The notes under the pieces: generated by a model
The model's database searches: none
What the model saw: only the letters and a program-made list of their open reading frames with translations
What the model was told of the DNA's origin: nothing
Source of the DNA: Poseidonia sp.
Lineage (GTDB): Archaea; Thermoplasmatota; Poseidoniia; Poseidoniales; Poseidoniaceae
Direction of reading: 5' to 3'
DNA: 60,999 nt
NCBI GenBank assembly: GCA_038124565.1
Contig: JAYPCE010000004.1
Coordinates: forward strand, 1-60,999
Translations under genes and position numbers: made by a program
Shown here: positions 8,776 to 19,014 of the stretch, piece by piece
Position numbering within the stretch: the stretch's first letter is position 1
How the letters are laid out: every line of letters starts with the position of its first letter

Positions 8776-10341
8776 TCACCCTCGCGGCTTATCTTCTTCA
8801 ACCGTTGCATCCAAGTCATGATCAAAATCTGAGTTTGCGCTTGCGTTTGAAAAGGTGCGTTGTACGTCCCATTTGGGCAAATCCGATTCGACCGGTGATT
8901 CAGACCTCCGATAGAGAAGAACACCTGTGGCCAAGAGCACCACTACGAAGGTTACACCCATCGCGTAAGACCTATTGGACGTGGTCAATGAATTTGATTC
9001 TTCTAAAATGAGGACATTCACCACAGTCGTGTCCGTTGCTCCATCATCATCAAAGACAATTAATTCAACCGAATGAGCCCCCGCAGAGGCAAAGTCGCTT
9101 CTTGTGAGAGATGATACACCCCGAATGGAAGATGTATCATCGATCACCCATAGATAATCGATGGGTTCATTGTCAATACTTTCGCTTCCGTTGATGGTCC
9201 AATTATTCTCGGGACCCAACTTGACTTGGCTTGTGGATGATACGAGTAATCCATCCACCGTGACTCGCGCAGTTGGCCTGATGTTGTCGATTCGCACGGT
9301 CTGGCTCACTTTTACCGAGTTGCCGGCCTTGTCCATGGCAGTTAAGACAATGGAGTATGTCCCTGACTCATTGAACTGAAGAACCAAATGACGCGTACTT
9401 TGCAATTCCCAAGGCATTGGCGCTCGTGTGCTACCATTTTCGTATCCAATGACCCATGTCAACGAAGCTTGGGCCCCTTCGTAGCCATCGTCCACGTCTG
9501 CATAAACTTGGAATGATTCACGTTCCATCACCGATTGATCGGATGAAAGATTCGCAACAGGTGGGGTATTGTCGTGAAGAATGTGCATCCGGACCAAACC
9601 TGTGCTGCGCAAGGCTGCGTCAACCGCCCAAATATCAACACGCCAAATGCCCTCTTGAAGGCCCATCAATGATGCATTCAATTTCAAGACCAAACTTTCT
9701 GTGCCCAATTCAAACGGCAAATTTACGCGACGAGGAGCCGTAAGGCAGACCTCGTAGGGTGCCTCACAAATATCCGAGAAGACTTGAAGGTCTGTGGTGT
9801 CGTTTCCTGCTAGTGCAAGGCCAAAATCAACGTCAATGGCATCTTTCAGGATAATCGGGGAAGTAACACCAACAGGGCCCTGAGAAAACATAACCAATTC
9901 ATCCAGGAGGACGGGGCGGTGATTGAATGACCCTACATACATCACTAACGATGCAGTTTGTACGACATGGTCGGCATCTTCAACGCGAAGTTCAACATAA
10001 CAGGTACATGATACACTGCCCAAATCAACAACCAACGCCCATCTGTAGTCGCCCTCTGCAACGGGTACGACCGATGTTAGAAATGGGCCACTTAAGACGG
10101 TGATGGGGGTTTGGCCACTGATGTTAACAATCGACCAAGTCGTGTTTCTCATCGGTATCGTTGATGACCCCGTGAGATTGACTTGGTGTTCAAACTTAAC
10201 GCCTTGATTTTGATGAAACACCACTTCAAAGGCAGCAGCTCCGTCAGGAATGTGTTCAGACTGAACCGTGGGCAAGCCACTAACAACCAAGACAAAAAGC
10301 ACAACCAACGTCGTGCGTTTCGCTCGCCGAATCGAAAGCAT
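8776..10341 (-). CDS. Secreted, C-terminally membrane-anchored PKD-domain surface protein
   Basis: The ATG at 10341 gives the signal peptide MLSIRRAKRTTLVVLFVLVVSGLPTVQS; the listed start at 10359 is TTG. PKD-like segments are YSIVLTAMDKAGNSVKVSQTVRIDN and HSVELIVFDDDGATDTTVVNV. The C-terminal TM helix is GVTFVVVLLATGVLLY. Confidence 0.7.
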   Translation of the reverse strand: MLSIRRAKRTTLVVLFVLVVSGLPTVQSEHIPDGAAAFEVVFHQNQGVKFEHQVNLTGSSTIPMRNTTWSIVNISGQTPITVLSGPFLTSVVPVAEGDYRWALVVDLGSVSCTCYVELRVEDADHVVQTASLVMYVGSFNHRPVLLDELVMFSQGPVGVTSPIILKDAIDVDFGLALAGNDTTDLQVFSDICEAPYEVCLTAPRRVNLPFELGTESLVLKLNASLMGLQEGIWRVDIWAVDAALRSTGLVRMHILHDNTPPVANLSSDQSVMERESFQVYADVDDGYEGAQASLTWVIGYENGSTRAPMPWELQSTRHLVLQFNESGTYSIVLTAMDKAGNSVKVSQTVRIDNIRPTARVTVDGLLVSSTSQVKLGPENNWTINGSESIDNEPIDYLWVIDDTSSIRGVSSLTRSDFASAGAHSVELIVFDDDGATDTTVVNVLILEESNSLTTSNRSYAMGVTFVVVLLATGVLLYRRSESPVESDLPKWDVQRTFSNASANSDFDHDLDATVEEDKPRG

Positions 10342-10355
10342 GGTCACCGTTTGCC

Positions 10356-13300
10356 TCAATCACTGAATGGGTCGCAAAGTTCGCCCTGTCCGGGGTATGA
10401 AACGGGATTACGTGGATTCGTATCCCATTTGTACTCACAGAAGTTGACGTGACCGTCGCCATCCGTGTCGACCATTCGGTCAGCGCCGTCATATGGGTCA
10501 AATTGGAAGTGGTACTCCCATCCAGTTGCCATGCCGTCGCCATCGTGATCTTGATAGTAGACTTCTGGGCCGTCATTCCAATCATCTCCATCGGTATCGT
10601 TGGAAATCGGATTGGTACGATTCTGCATCTCCTCATAATTCGTGTAATTCTCGAGGTTATCGTAGAATCGTTGACCATCTGGAGTATTCGGGTCAATGTT
10701 GCATTCAGAGTTGGTTGAGTCGTTGTATCCTGGACAGTAACGCTTGAGCAGCCCCGTACGGTTCAACCCGTCGTTGTCGGGGTCTTCAAAACCATCATCA
10801 ATACCGTCCAAATCGCTATCAGGCATGGACGGGTCCATGACACCACGGGCGCCGTACACACCAACGGTCTCGTTATCAGCCAGTCCATTCTCAAACGCAA
10901 GTTGCGAGTAGTAAACTTCCCAACCGTCAGGCAGCAAATCACCATCGGTATCGTCATCAACAGGATTGGTATTCCAGCGATCTGGAGCCTCCATACCGTT
11001 GGCCAATGTGTCGTTGTCAATGTCGAACGTATCGTCTTTCAAAGAACCAAGCGAAGGGTCCAGAGCCCAGCGACCATTGCAACCATCACAGAGGGTGTTT
11101 GTTGGCATTTGGAAACCTGTGAGATTCATTTCACTGACCAAGAACTTGGGTTCAAGGGCGAATCCACCAAGCCAATTCTGCCAGACATAACCGCCTGGTT
11201 GCATGGTACAACTGCTGGTTTGTGTTGTTTCACACCCCGGACGCGACCATGTAGAGGTCGCGACCCAAAGGCTGTGAGAATTGGTGTTGTCCTCTGCAGA
11301 TTTCACCTGCATTTCCCAGCCATCAAGCATTCCATCCGCATCGGTATCATTGAGGAGGGGGTTGGTTGGGTTTTGGAAAGGACGCGGCACAAACAAAACC
11401 TCTTGCCCGTCAATAAGGCCATCGTCATCCGTGTCAGATTTGTTGGCGTGGGTCAAGAAGTTGTCTTCACCGGCGATGACTTCTTCGCCATCTTCCAACC
11501 CATCGTTGTCGGTGTCAAACATGCAAGGGCTGGTGGAGTATGTCTCGCCTTCCCACATGAAATTGTCACCGGCTTCTTCGAGGTCCGTCAAGCCGTCAGA
11601 GTCCGTATCTGGGTTTGAGGCGTTGGAACCTCCCAAGTTGCACGTAGAAGAAAATTCTTGGAAATCCGAAAGTCCGTCTGCATCGGTGTCATACAGCCCT
11701 GGGTCGGACGTGACCCAAGTGGGTTGAACGCCACGGTTGACGACGAGAATTTCCCAACCCATGACTTCGATACCGTCAATTAAGCCGTCGTTGTCGGTGT
11801 CAGCATTGAGTGGATCGGTACTGCGTCCATCAAGGATCCCATCTCGGTCGCGGTCGTTTGCTTTGTATTCCATCACGTTGGTGAATCGCTCTTCTTCCTC
11901 AACGATGTTCATCCAACTGAACAGCCGGGAGTCAATGGTTTGTCCCACGGCGACATCAATAGAGTAAACATAACCGTCAACAGGGGCGCGCATTGGAACC
12001 ACTTGTTGATTCCCACCAGCGAGGGTGATGCGGGCCGAGGCGACCTGCTGGTTCGTTTCTACTTGCTGGCCGAGTGTGACTTCAATACTGTGTACATAGG
12101 CCGTATTTTCAAGCGTGCTGTACATCACATCACCGTCGCCATCCAAATCATATCCGTCATAGTCCGGGTCTTCATCTCGGTTGAGAGCGGAACGGGGGTG
12201 CAATCCGTTAGAGGCCTCCCACTGGTCTGGCATATCGTCTCGGTCGGTATCTTTCAACCAAGGTGAAGTGAAGTTCCCTACACCGAAGATTTGGGCAACT
12301 TGATACTCTTCAAGATTGTTCATTCCATCTTCATCCCAATCGCCGTAGCCATCGGAAGCATTCGCAGGATTGAGAACATAGGCTGCGTTGGGAGCCATGC
12401 CCGGAATCGAGTAACAGTACTCAAAACCGTCAGGCATGCCGTCTCCGTCCGTATCCCAGTCAGAAGGACCGTTGAGCAGACCGTCGTTGTCCATGTCCAT
12501 CATGAACCAACTACGGTCTACACCAAAAAACGGCCCTACGCGTGGGACTGGGTCAAGCAATTTTTCATTGCACTGCTCACCCATGCCCATGTACAGTGCA
12601 ATGGTTTCGTTGGCCACCTCAACGATGTCATCAATTAAGTCGTGGTCTGAATCGCGCTCAGTTGGGTTGGTGCCGAAGGTTTCTTCCTCAAAATTCGCTA
12701 AACCATCGTCGTCTGTGTCCAATACCATGTCGCAAGAATGGCGACCATTGGAAGCCAAGTCGTCCCAATCAGCCATCCCGTTTTCGCCATTAAATCGGCT
12801 TTCCAAGGCATCAACCATAGCCTGGTCAAGCAACAAACAATCCCAATTGCCATCCAAGGGATTGAATAAAATCACCTCGCCACCGGGAGTTTGAACGCCG
12901 CGTGTGTAGAGCGATTCCCATCGGTCGTTCAAACCGTCGTTGTCTGTATCGGCACGCTGAGGGTCGGTCCCGAGTTCAGCTTCGGCTTGATTGGTCAAAC
13001 CATCTCGGTCAGGGTCTCCATTGGGCCCTTGATTCGGGTCTGGCCAGGATTCACTTTCGTTTTCCAAACCTTCAGCCTCTGTTTCTTCACTTTGAGTGGG
13101 GTCGAGTGTCTGGTCTTCCGACTCCCCGTTATCCAGAGGGTTGAGTCCGTGGGCCACTTCCCATCCATCGCTTAAGCCATCATTATCAGTGTCGGGATCG
13201 TTCACATCGGTCCCGTATTGTGTCTCTTCCAACTTATCGGAGAGACCGTCTCCATCCGTATCGGTGGCTTCGGACATGAGTTCCGATTCCCCCCGGATAT

Positions 13301-13466
13301 CATCTTCAACAGCGCTGTCAAAACCTCCCACATTTTCGCTGGTTTGGAAAAATCCTGAAACGCCCACAAAAAGAGACCCGAAAATCAAGGTTGATACAAT
13401 CGCAACATACGCCATTTGGTTGTGGTTTAGGCTCATGAGACATACCCCGCACATCTGTGCAACCAC
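10356..13466 (-). CDS. Large secreted protein with many thrombospondin type-3-like DxDxDG repeats
   Basis: The N-terminal TM/signal segment is YVAIVSTLIFGSLFVGVSGFF. More than 15 units of the form DTDxDGLxDxxE follow (DTDGDGLSDKLE, DTDNDGLSDGWE, DTDSDGLTDLEE, DTDDDGLIDGQE). The listed start is GTG; the ATG at 13436 is an alternative. Confidence 0.8.
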   Translation of the reverse strand: MVAQMCGVCLMSLNHNQMAYVAIVSTLIFGSLFVGVSGFFQTSENVGGFDSAVEDDIRGESELMSEATDTDGDGLSDKLEETQYGTDVNDPDTDNDGLSDGWEVAHGLNPLDNGESEDQTLDPTQSEETEAEGLENESESWPDPNQGPNGDPDRDGLTNQAEAELGTDPQRADTDNDGLNDRWESLYTRGVQTPGGEVILFNPLDGNWDCLLLDQAMVDALESRFNGENGMADWDDLASNGRHSCDMVLDTDDDGLANFEEETFGTNPTERDSDHDLIDDIVEVANETIALYMGMGEQCNEKLLDPVPRVGPFFGVDRSWFMMDMDNDGLLNGPSDWDTDGDGMPDGFEYCYSIPGMAPNAAYVLNPANASDGYGDWDEDGMNNLEEYQVAQIFGVGNFTSPWLKDTDRDDMPDQWEASNGLHPRSALNRDEDPDYDGYDLDGDGDVMYSTLENTAYVHSIEVTLGQQVETNQQVASARITLAGGNQQVVPMRAPVDGYVYSIDVAVGQTIDSRLFSWMNIVEEEERFTNVMEYKANDRDRDGILDGRSTDPLNADTDNDGLIDGIEVMGWEILVVNRGVQPTWVTSDPGLYDTDADGLSDFQEFSSTCNLGGSNASNPDTDSDGLTDLEEAGDNFMWEGETYSTSPCMFDTDNDGLEDGEEVIAGEDNFLTHANKSDTDDDGLIDGQEVLFVPRPFQNPTNPLLNDTDADGMLDGWEMQVKSAEDNTNSHSLWVATSTWSRPGCETTQTSSCTMQPGGYVWQNWLGGFALEPKFLVSEMNLTGFQMPTNTLCDGCNGRWALDPSLGSLKDDTFDIDNDTLANGMEAPDRWNTNPVDDDTDGDLLPDGWEVYYSQLAFENGLADNETVGVYGARGVMDPSMPDSDLDGIDDGFEDPDNDGLNRTGLLKRYCPGYNDSTNSECNIDPNTPDGQRFYDNLENYTNYEEMQNRTNPISNDTDGDDWNDGPEVYYQDHDGDGMATGWEYHFQFDPYDGADRMVDTDGDGHVNFCEYKWDTNPRNPVSYPGQGELCDPFSD

Positions 13467-13546
13467 TGCGAGGCGTTGATTCGGTTATGAACCTTGACCA
13501 AAGATGGGCAGAATTACAGGTTCCGTCACCTCATCCGTCATCGTTT

Positions 13547-14584
13547 TCATTCATAATCTACCTTGGGCTGACTCACTCTAAAGTTGAGGCCCAAATCGGT
13601 CTTCTGTACGTGAAAGGTTGAACGAGACCCAAATGCGCGTTCCCACATACCCAGAAGGATGCCGCACACATATGCTGGAAGGGAACTATCCACGATAAAT
13701 ACGGTTTCGTCGTGCTCCTCAACCACGCATCTCTCGCAGATAACTCGCCCAAAGCCACGAAGGGTGAGGCGCTGTTCGAGCAAATCACTCCAGTCTGAGG
13801 CTGTTTGAACATACACGGGAAATTCATGTTTCAGGAAGGTCATTCGTGAGGCGAACATGACGGCACGAAAGAGTTCTGCATGGTCCAAACCTTCGAACAA
13901 ACCCTCAGAAGGCTGTATTGAATCCGATGTAAGGGGGCGCCCTATGAGGGAAGAAAAAAATGTTGTAAAGACCGAAATTGGGAGGAAAAAACACCGCTCT
14001 TCGTGATTGAAAAAACCAAAACCACGAAGGTCAAGATCAAGTGCGAATTGTTCTGATACGAACGAAGGTTCCTCTTCCCCACCCCAGAGTTGAATCTGCT
14101 TCTTTGGCGGGGTATTCACGGTGTGTTGATTGGGTTCAAAACTGATGTCAATTCGTTCGTGACTTGACTGATGCCAGTGAATATTCCAGCGTGTACTCGT
14201 GAGGTGTTCACGGTGGGCTAAAGCAAAGCCCACGCAAAGACCATCGTGGCATGGTGATACAATGGTATGTTCATCAAAGATGCCCCACCCCATCGCCAAC
14301 GAGCGGTGTTGGAGAGCTGCTACGGCCTTTTTCTTTCCAAACCACCTGCCAGGACGAAACTGTTCTTGTCCTCGAAGAACCAATTCTTCAGCATCTGTTG
14401 CAGCATAGATGAGCTTTCGTCCAAAAGGCGACTGAAAAGCACCATCCAACGCAGCAATGAACCGTTCAATTTCCACCACACCGAACATAGCAATTTGTTC
14501 ACCTGTGTCATCAAAAAAACAACCATTACGACCGAAATCAAAGCCTGAATAACGCTCGTTAAAGGCTTCATCCATCCCAGACAT
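13547..14584 (-). CDS. Hypothetical protein with internal two-fold duplication (tentative V4R-like small-molecule-binding domains)
   Basis: The ATG at 14584 lies 5 nt after the glyA stop. The two halves share a pattern: FDFGRNGCFF...AMGWGIF...CVGFALAH and LDLRGFGFFN...LRGFGRVI...VCGILLGMWERAFG. Family assignment is weak. Confidence 0.55.
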   Translation of the reverse strand: MSGMDEAFNERYSGFDFGRNGCFFDDTGEQIAMFGVVEIERFIAALDGAFQSPFGRKLIYAATDAEELVLRGQEQFRPGRWFGKKKAVAALQHRSLAMGWGIFDEHTIVSPCHDGLCVGFALAHREHLTSTRWNIHWHQSSHERIDISFEPNQHTVNTPPKKQIQLWGGEEEPSFVSEQFALDLDLRGFGFFNHEERCFFLPISVFTTFFSSLIGRPLTSDSIQPSEGLFEGLDHAELFRAVMFASRMTFLKHEFPVYVQTASDWSDLLEQRLTLRGFGRVICERCVVEEHDETVFIVDSSLPAYVCGILLGMWERAFGSRSTFHVQKTDLGLNFRVSQPKVDYE

Positions 14585-14589
14585 CTCCG

Positions 14590-15909
14590 TCAATCAGGGT
14601 AACCCGAACGGCCATCCTCATTGAAACAATAGCGAATGGTGAGGTGCTCAGATTTCAAGGCATGGACATCCCGCTTAACAACACTCGGGTCCTCCTCATG
14701 AAGTAAAACCCGAGCATAAAACGAAGCCACGTCTGCCATGTCGTCGCATGTGAATCCGACACGCGTCAACTCTTGAACCCCCAAGCGTAGCCCTGATGGA
14801 GACATGGCTTTGGTGTCGCCCGGTAGCATGTTCATGTTCGTAATGATACCCGCTTGTTCAAGCAACGCAGCGGCCTTAGCGCCGGCACCCGAATCAAGTT
14901 CTCCGTGCCTCGTCAACACTTGATGGGATGCCGTGTAGCCTCTGCTCTCTGCGAGAACATCAAACCCTTCGGCTGCGAGCGCTTGTGCGAACGCTTGTGC
15001 GTTGGCCACCGTGTCCTTCGCGTAGGCTTTACCATATTCACGGAATTCGGCCAAAGCCATCACCTTGCCGGCCACATGGTGCAAATGGTAAGATGAACAA
15101 ACGCCAGGAAACATGGCATTGTTCAACCGCCTTTGGAAGGTTTCATCCTCCGAAGAAGAGAGGAGAAAACCTCCTTGAGGTCCAGGGAAGGTCTTGTGAC
15201 TTGAACCTGTCATCACATCAGCACCTTCCCTAAGTGGGTCCTGAAATTGTCCTCCGGCAATCAGCCCCAAGACATGGGCACCATCGTACATGACTTTGGC
15301 ACCAACTTCTTTTGCAGCATCAGCCATCTCGTTCATCGGTGTGGGGAACAAAAAGACGGATTGCCCAAACAGGGCAACGGTTGGTTCAACTGAACGAATG
15401 GTTTCACACGCAGCATCAATATCAGGTTCCATGCGCTCCTCGTTCCAAGGGTAGGTTGTCAAATCCAAATCACGAAGACCAACCGCTCCCATGCGCGCAT
15501 GCGAGATGTGGCCACCATCTGCAGTAGAAACGGCTGTAATGCGATCTCCTGGTTTTGCCAATGCCTTGAGAGCCCCAATGTTTGATACCGTCCCCGAAGT
15601 TGATTGGATGTTTGCAAAAGGAGCAGAAAATACCTCCTTTGCGAGGTCAATCCCTAAGCGTTCAATCGTGTCGAAATCTTCGCAACCTTGGTAGTAGCGT
15701 TTGCCCGGCAATCCCTCTGCATAGCGTCCGTGGAGGTCACTTGCAACGATGTCTTGCACCAGGGGAGAAACGATGTTTTCTGAAGCGATCATGCCCAAAC
15801 CATCCCGATACAGATGGCCGCTCGCCTTGACCGCATTCAAAATGGTAGTCGCATGCTGCGTATTTTCGGCAGAAGGGGTCCAAGCACCCGGTGCGATTGT
15901 CACAAACAA
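14590..15909 (-). CDS. glyA: Serine hydroxymethyltransferase
   Basis: Motifs: IASENIVSP, HGRYAEGLPGKRYYQGCE, and the PLP-lysine block TGSSHKTFPGPQGG. The start is non-ATG (TTG at 15909 or GTG at 15903) and uncertain. Confidence 0.9.
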   Translation of the reverse strand: MFVTIAPGAWTPSAENTQHATTILNAVKASGHLYRDGLGMIASENIVSPLVQDIVASDLHGRYAEGLPGKRYYQGCEDFDTIERLGIDLAKEVFSAPFANIQSTSGTVSNIGALKALAKPGDRITAVSTADGGHISHARMGAVGLRDLDLTTYPWNEERMEPDIDAACETIRSVEPTVALFGQSVFLFPTPMNEMADAAKEVGAKVMYDGAHVLGLIAGGQFQDPLREGADVMTGSSHKTFPGPQGGFLLSSSEDETFQRRLNNAMFPGVCSSYHLHHVAGKVMALAEFREYGKAYAKDTVANAQAFAQALAAEGFDVLAESRGYTASHQVLTRHGELDSGAGAKAAALLEQAGIITNMNMLPGDTKAMSPSGLRLGVQELTRVGFTCDDMADVASFYARVLLHEEDPSVVKRDVHALKSEHLTIRYCFNEDGRSGYPD

Positions 15910-15957
15910 TTATGACCGCATACGGTCTTTGAACTCTCCCAATGGTGGCCGACGAAC

Positions 15958-18900
15958 TCAAACAGGTCTTCGTTCGCTTCGTATTGTGTTTCGGGGGATA
16001 AATCTCTCCTGAACGATGTTGTCCTCACCTTTCGCAGCTGCATTCAACGATTGAGGCTCCTTCTTCCGAATGTAATTGGTTCGGCCACGGTAGGCAACAG
16101 GACCCATGACACGCTCAAGCATCGGCCCTTCCTCTGTGTGTTCTTTTGGTCGCTTAAGCCACCATGCTTTACCCAATGGACTCACCCGAGGCGTTCGACC
16201 TTTTTCCATGGTCGTTGCACGGCGTCGCAATCGCGACCGTACTTTCTTTTCCGATTCCTTTGGAAGTCGTTCAAACAGCCAAGCGGGGAAACCGATGTCC
16301 AAGACAACACCGTTCACTGAAACGAGAATGCCACCAAGCAACAAGTGGTTACCGATTGGAATGTTTTCTGCGCTGGGTTTTACTTTGAACCGTCGCAAAC
16401 GACGTGCGTATTTCAGAAGTCCTCGCTGGTCTCGGTGTTTGATTTGATGTTCTTGCTGACGAGAGAAACGCACATAGGAAAAGTGCATGAAGACCAAACC
16501 ACCAAGCAGTGACAAGCCCTCGGTCGGACCTACTTCCTGATACGCCAGAATTCCTAAAACAAACCAAAGTGGAATCAAAACAAAGAATTGGAACACCCTT
16601 GCTAAGGCACTGGGTGAAAATCTCGGAGGCATGGCTTTGCGAATCGCTTCGTGGGCCACCACCATCACATTGGCGTTGAGTGCCTCGTCGAGACCACCCT
16701 TTTGCAAAAGAGGCGCATAGGAATTCACTGGGGCTGCATCCAACCACTTACGGGTGGTTTTCGCATCATCCAGCAAAAGTGAGACTTCCATATGTTCGAT
16801 TCCTTTGCTACCATAACCAAAGATGACGGCCAATGCCATCACGCGAGGGTCTTGGCTGTCGCTTTTAATGAGTTCATCGACGACTGTTTTGGCGTCGTGC
16901 CACTGACCAGTATCCAATAAACACAAGGCAACGGCAATACGTGGACGCACACCAGTAGGGTCGGCACGGACAAGGGTCATGGCGAGTTCAAGAGCCTCTT
17001 CGTACAAGCGTTGGGCCCTTAACAACGCCACCATTGAGAGTTGGCCCACAAGCGAAATACGGTCATTGTGCACCATCATATCTTTTGGTTGAGGGCTCCA
17101 ATATCGCATCATGTTCTGTAGCATTTGAAGGTGGTCTATCGTCGAATTGTTTTCCCAGTCCCACAAATCATCTTCGGTGACAGAACCATGCCAAGGGTCC
17201 AACCATTCACAAATGAACGACAAAATTTCAGGCTCGTCGTATCCATCACGCTGCTGCAAGCCATGGAGGGCTTCACGTGCCGCATCCAAACGACGTAACG
17301 CGATATATCCGGTAGCAATAATCATGCGTGCCTCGTCGTTGTCACCGCCGGATTGAGCCAAGAGTTTACGACTTTCCTCTATGGCTTCGGGCCAGAGTCC
17401 CCTGAGGGCTTTCTCCCACATGGATGCGCGTGATTGCTCTTGACGAATAAGCGCTTGATCACCAGGGAAGTCGTGATTTTGCACGCGAATTAACAGATCA
17501 ATGTCCTCGTTGTAGGCAGCAGTTTCAACCAGGTGTTGCAGACGATCGCCGCCAGCTAATTTAACGGCACCTTCGCGGCGTTCATCTGGATTGAGGTCAA
17601 AACGCAATTTCCGCAGTTTACCGAATCGGCTGATTGACAACAACCATGCGAGCATGAAAACCGCCTGGCCAACAGCGATGAAGAGCCAGACCGTCAACAA
17701 CCTCATGCCTTCATCAAAATCCCTTGCTTCAAGCCATGATGTCATCGGCATCAAGTCGCCAAATTCTTTGTAACAAACCAAAATCAACAACAGTACGGTG
17801 TAGCCTGAAAAACCTGCAAATGCGAACGTAAGTTGACGCGCTTGGGCTGCTTTTTCAGCACGTATCTCGCGTGGCGTATCAATCGTAACACCAAACATTC
17901 CACCAAAGGTCTGCCCTCCTAGAATCAGGTTTCTCGTAAGTTCAAAAATGAAGGCGAGACCGACAATGGCAATGTTGAGCGTCAAGTAGAGAGAGAGAAA
18001 TTCGGGCAGTGATTTGATGAATTCCAAATGGAATAAGATTTCAGATATCAAGTCGATTTTAAGGTAAATCGAATACCCTATGATGCCACCATAGTTGAGA
18101 ATCTCCGTGGCGTTGTCGGGCTGGTTGAGCATCACATGCAACACGGTGAGGATGCCGTTGAGAGCCGTAACGGGCATGGTGAGCAAAAACAAGACGAGAA
18201 TGAAAGCGAACACGCGTCCAACAACGCCGTTTTTTTCCGGGTCAATTGGATTGAGGCGGCCTCGGGTCGTTCTCCATTTGCTGATGAGAAGCATGTTCCA
18301 CGACGCCCCCATGATTCGACCGTAAGCAAAAATGGTCGGTGCCATAAATGAAAGCATACCGAAGGCAATCCATGTGGGCGTAAGTTTGCCTTCAACTTGG
18401 TACCCATAGACCAGTACCATCGCCGTGATGATGACCAACATGGCCAGCGTGGTGATGCTTCGGATGAATTCGGCACTCGCTGATTTCTTCGTTTCACGTT
18501 GTTTATTCGCCAATTGGCTGCTCAGAGATTGCCAAGGTGAGACGACCACAGGAACGAAAATCAAGAAGGCAATGATGTAGAGATTGATGCTTGAAAAAAC
18601 CTCAGCATTGAAGAGCAATTCAGCGATAAGTATCAACACGCCAGTGAGTCCCATCATATACAACAAGACTCCAAAACCGGCTCTGCCTTCCTTCAAGAGT
18701 TTGCGAGAGTCACGTAATGTTCTCGTAATCCGATGAACCTCATAGAGGCCATCATCGATCTCAAACGCAACTTGAAGGTTTTTGATTTGGGATGGTATGA
18801 ACCACTTTCTGATTACGACCGCCGCTGTCAATGCCAACAACAACGGAGCCAACAAATCCATGTTAATCCCACGGCTTGAAGAGACGGTGGAAGCGGAAAC

Positions 18901-19014
18901 AGAAGGAAAGGACAGCGAGAGCAAAATTAGCCCTCCGAGGAGACTGGCCACCCTTCGCATGAACACAGAGCGAGGAGGGCTCCTCATCAATTCTTTGCCT
19001 GAAAGGGCCGTCAT
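15958..19014 (-). CDS. Large polytopic membrane protein with central TPR-like helical-repeat region and basic C-terminal tail
   Basis: A 1018-aa ORF. The N-terminal half has at least 10 hydrophobic helices. The central part is helical-repeat-like (ARMIIATGYIALRRLDAAREAL, LYEEALELAMTLVRADP, LLDTGQWHDAKTVVDEL). Two or three further TM helices and an Arg/Lys-rich tail follow. Its start overlaps the upstream stop (ATGA at 19011-19014). Confidence 0.7.
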   Translation of the reverse strand: MTALSGKELMRSPPRSVFMRRVASLLGGLILLSLSFPSVSASTVSSSRGINMDLLAPLLLALTAAVVIRKWFIPSQIKNLQVAFEIDDGLYEVHRITRTLRDSRKLLKEGRAGFGVLLYMMGLTGVLILIAELLFNAEVFSSINLYIIAFLIFVPVVVSPWQSLSSQLANKQRETKKSASAEFIRSITTLAMLVIITAMVLVYGYQVEGKLTPTWIAFGMLSFMAPTIFAYGRIMGASWNMLLISKWRTTRGRLNPIDPEKNGVVGRVFAFILVLFLLTMPVTALNGILTVLHVMLNQPDNATEILNYGGIIGYSIYLKIDLISEILFHLEFIKSLPEFLSLYLTLNIAIVGLAFIFELTRNLILGGQTFGGMFGVTIDTPREIRAEKAAQARQLTFAFAGFSGYTVLLLILVCYKEFGDLMPMTSWLEARDFDEGMRLLTVWLFIAVGQAVFMLAWLLSISRFGKLRKLRFDLNPDERREGAVKLAGGDRLQHLVETAAYNEDIDLLIRVQNHDFPGDQALIRQEQSRASMWEKALRGLWPEAIEESRKLLAQSGGDNDEARMIIATGYIALRRLDAAREALHGLQQRDGYDEPEILSFICEWLDPWHGSVTEDDLWDWENNSTIDHLQMLQNMMRYWSPQPKDMMVHNDRISLVGQLSMVALLRAQRLYEEALELAMTLVRADPTGVRPRIAVALCLLDTGQWHDAKTVVDELIKSDSQDPRVMALAVIFGYGSKGIEHMEVSLLLDDAKTTRKWLDAAPVNSYAPLLQKGGLDEALNANVMVVAHEAIRKAMPPRFSPSALARVFQFFVLIPLWFVLGILAYQEVGPTEGLSLLGGLVFMHFSYVRFSRQQEHQIKHRDQRGLLKYARRLRRFKVKPSAENIPIGNHLLLGGILVSVNGVVLDIGFPAWLFERLPKESEKKVRSRLRRRATTMEKGRTPRVSPLGKAWWLKRPKEHTEEGPMLERVMGPVAYRGRTNYIRKKEPQSLNAAAKGEDNIVQERFIPRNTIRSERRPV

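Noticed and set aside
10902-12894. Several 100-240-aa plus-strand ORFs (10902-11618, 11281-11727, 12436-12894 and others) antisense to the 1036-aa TSP3 gene
   Set aside because: These are shadow ORFs of a repetitive, codon-biased gene. They are Ser/Val/Ile-rich translations with no motifs and overlap one another in different frames.
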